From Camelus ferus (taxonomy: Eukaryota): a stretch of 64,000 nucleotides of DNA. The stretch is from the NCBI RefSeq assembly GCF_009834535.1, contig NC_045707.1:48238001-48302000 (forward strand), given 5' to 3'. The notes beneath the pieces are model-generated. The model made no database searches and was not told where the DNA came from. It saw only the letters and a program-made list of their open reading frames with translations. This document shows positions 62,000 to 64,000 of the stretch, one piece after another. The number at the start of each line of letters is the position of its first letter. Position 1 is the stretch's first letter. Both the position numbers and the translations under genes were made by a program.

Positions 62000-64000
62000 T
62001 GTCTATTTAAGATTTAGATCAACACAGCATGTAAAACAGATCTGTAAACTGGTTCTGAAAAGTGGTAAATCTCTTTTCAGAAAGATTCAGTGGTTGCTCT
62101 AGTGATTTATGATAGGATTAAGGTCTAATGGGACTATTTCTGAGTTGGTCCTGGGAAAGGAGCAAAGGCCAAATCTATGGTCCATTGGGTAATGCTGATC
62201 TCTGATATCATGTGGTAAAAATAGCTCCTTCACCCAAGATTTTATCACCTATAGCCTTGCCTTCCTGATCCCTAATCCTATATTCCATGTAGCTACTTGG
62301 AAAACATATGCTTGCAAATTAGTTACTCTAAAACAAGACAGCGGTCTGTTAGACCAGTTTACTTAGGTTCACATAATAAGAGTTGAAAAAGTTTAAGTTT
62401 CAGCTGAGTTAAAGCATGTAGTTTATCTCTTTGTACCTTAATGGCATGAATTTTATGGATTTTATTTGGAGAAATTATTTATTGGTGGTCATGGAACTAT
62501 TTGAAGTTGATGTAAAAATAAGCGGCAAAAAAATTTTACCTTTAAACTTGAATCAAATGAGTTTAATTTGCATGCAACCAAAGTCCCGAAGATTGTGCAC
62601 TGCATGCAGCAGCTTTGCCTGACATCAAAGACACTAGAGATCAAAACAAAATCAAGTTCTGAGGAAGCGATTCTCTTATTCTCCTTCTTAATAAGCATGA
62701 TTTGTTTTCTCTGTTGGTGTTGGTCATTTCAAGGCAATATCAAAGTCCATGAACACACACAGTGTTTGAGTGACTCCATCTTAACCTCAGAGGCAAGAGT
62801 GGTAGTTAATGAAACCGTGGAAACTCTGACATTTGAGGAAGAGCCTGTGATTAGAACCTGAAAACCTGAAGCTGAGAGTGAAGGACCCTTGTTTTGTTTC
62901 AGTCTTCCTCTTGCAGGGAAGTGCAATCACTGTCACCAGATTGGATTTATGTTGCAGCATTTCCCCTTCGTTTTCAATGTTTTCGTATGCAATCAACGTG
63001 AAGATTGTTGACTGTCCTTGTTAAGACTGCCTGAGCCGTAGGACAATAAGCTTTTCCATGTCCTGTCATCTGTTGGGTAGGATTGTCCCAGTCTTCTTGC
63101 TTTTAATTCTCAGGGAAGGAAAATTTAGAGCCAATCAAACTGTAAGACCCTGACTGTGTTAAAACCAGGCCAGGGTTGCTTAAGCAGTGCTAACACTTTC
63201 ATAGATCATTTTTTGTGACAAAGATTGAAAGGAGTATAGAAAATAGCACAACAGGCTTCAATTCAAGTGACAAAAGGAAATTGTACAAAGTTTAATCCAT
63301 TCCCATTACAGTCTCAAGATTGTAATCTCCTTGGATGCTGAGCCTAGAGAAGATTTTTTCCCTACAGTATGCATCATCAAGTCGCTTTGGAAGTGGTGCT
63401 GTGGGCCGGAGGGAGGCGGCACAAGTTATATAACATGCAATTTAAGATAATGGCCTTTGAAAAGAAGAAATTAATATAAACAGACGAGGCCAACAAAGCT
63501 TCAGTCATCTAGAAGGTAGTTTCAATCACCACTGACATTAAACAATATCACCCCCACTGAGTCTACACTATGTTTATTATCATTTAATTTCTTGCCCAAA
63601 TCGGCGCTTTCTTATCATGATGTTGCAGGGATAGCAAGCTCTATTATGACTACAATTGGTAAAAAAAAAAATTGCATTCATCTAAGTGAGTAACAAGATA
63701 CAGAAATTGAGCTCTCTTTCTTAACCTTTTGTGACTTTAAATATTCTACCAAAAACATTAGCAAAAATGGAAGCTATAGCGTTTCCATAATTATCACAGC
63801 ACTGTCTTTGTTCTTATAATGATAGAATCCATACTTTCAATTTGGAGTGCTTAATAATAGCAGCTGTCTTGTCTGCTCAACTGTTGGGTTTTAGGGCTCC
63901 TGTAATTATTCATTTTCACTCACTCGACAGTGGGTGTTTCCTTGAAATATTTCAGGCCACATCAGAAGATAAAATTTTAAAATCCTTTGAAGCATTCTGC

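Noticed and set aside
1..64000. A novel multi-gene or prokaryote-type system (operon, CRISPR, defence locus)
   Set aside because: The window is eukaryotic repeat-rich non-coding DNA with no long ORFs, no repeat-spacer arrays and no intact transposase, RT or env genes.

Overview
This is AT-rich, CpG-poor mammalian genomic DNA with no recognisable protein-coding exon, RNA gene, CpG island or prokaryote-type system, so it reads as a long intron or intergenic segment. Three tRNA-derived SINEs of the camelid vic-1 type point to a camelid (camel, alpaca or llama) genome; I saw no Alu, Bov-tA/BovB, PRE1 or CAN-SINEs. Much of the window is transposon relic: MIR and L2 fragments, old and lineage-specific L1 pieces (several with readable target-site duplications, TSDs), MaLR/ERVL solo LTRs, an ERVL pol/dUTPase fragment, a comparatively young ERV1-type solo LTR and hAT MITEs (MER5A, MER20, MER91A, MER113). 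Nearly all ORFs in the supplied track are chance or repeat-derived. The most notable points are nested insertions, including a 3'-truncated L1 with an intact TSD inside MER91A inside L2; an internally deleted SINE; a solo LTR with tandem GAS-like motifs; a strong CTCF motif; enhancer-like unique blocks; and a few candidate non-coding exons or microexons. I found no convincing previously undescribed biological system. Repeat subfamily names come from recalled consensus sequences, and boundaries of old repeats are approximate.
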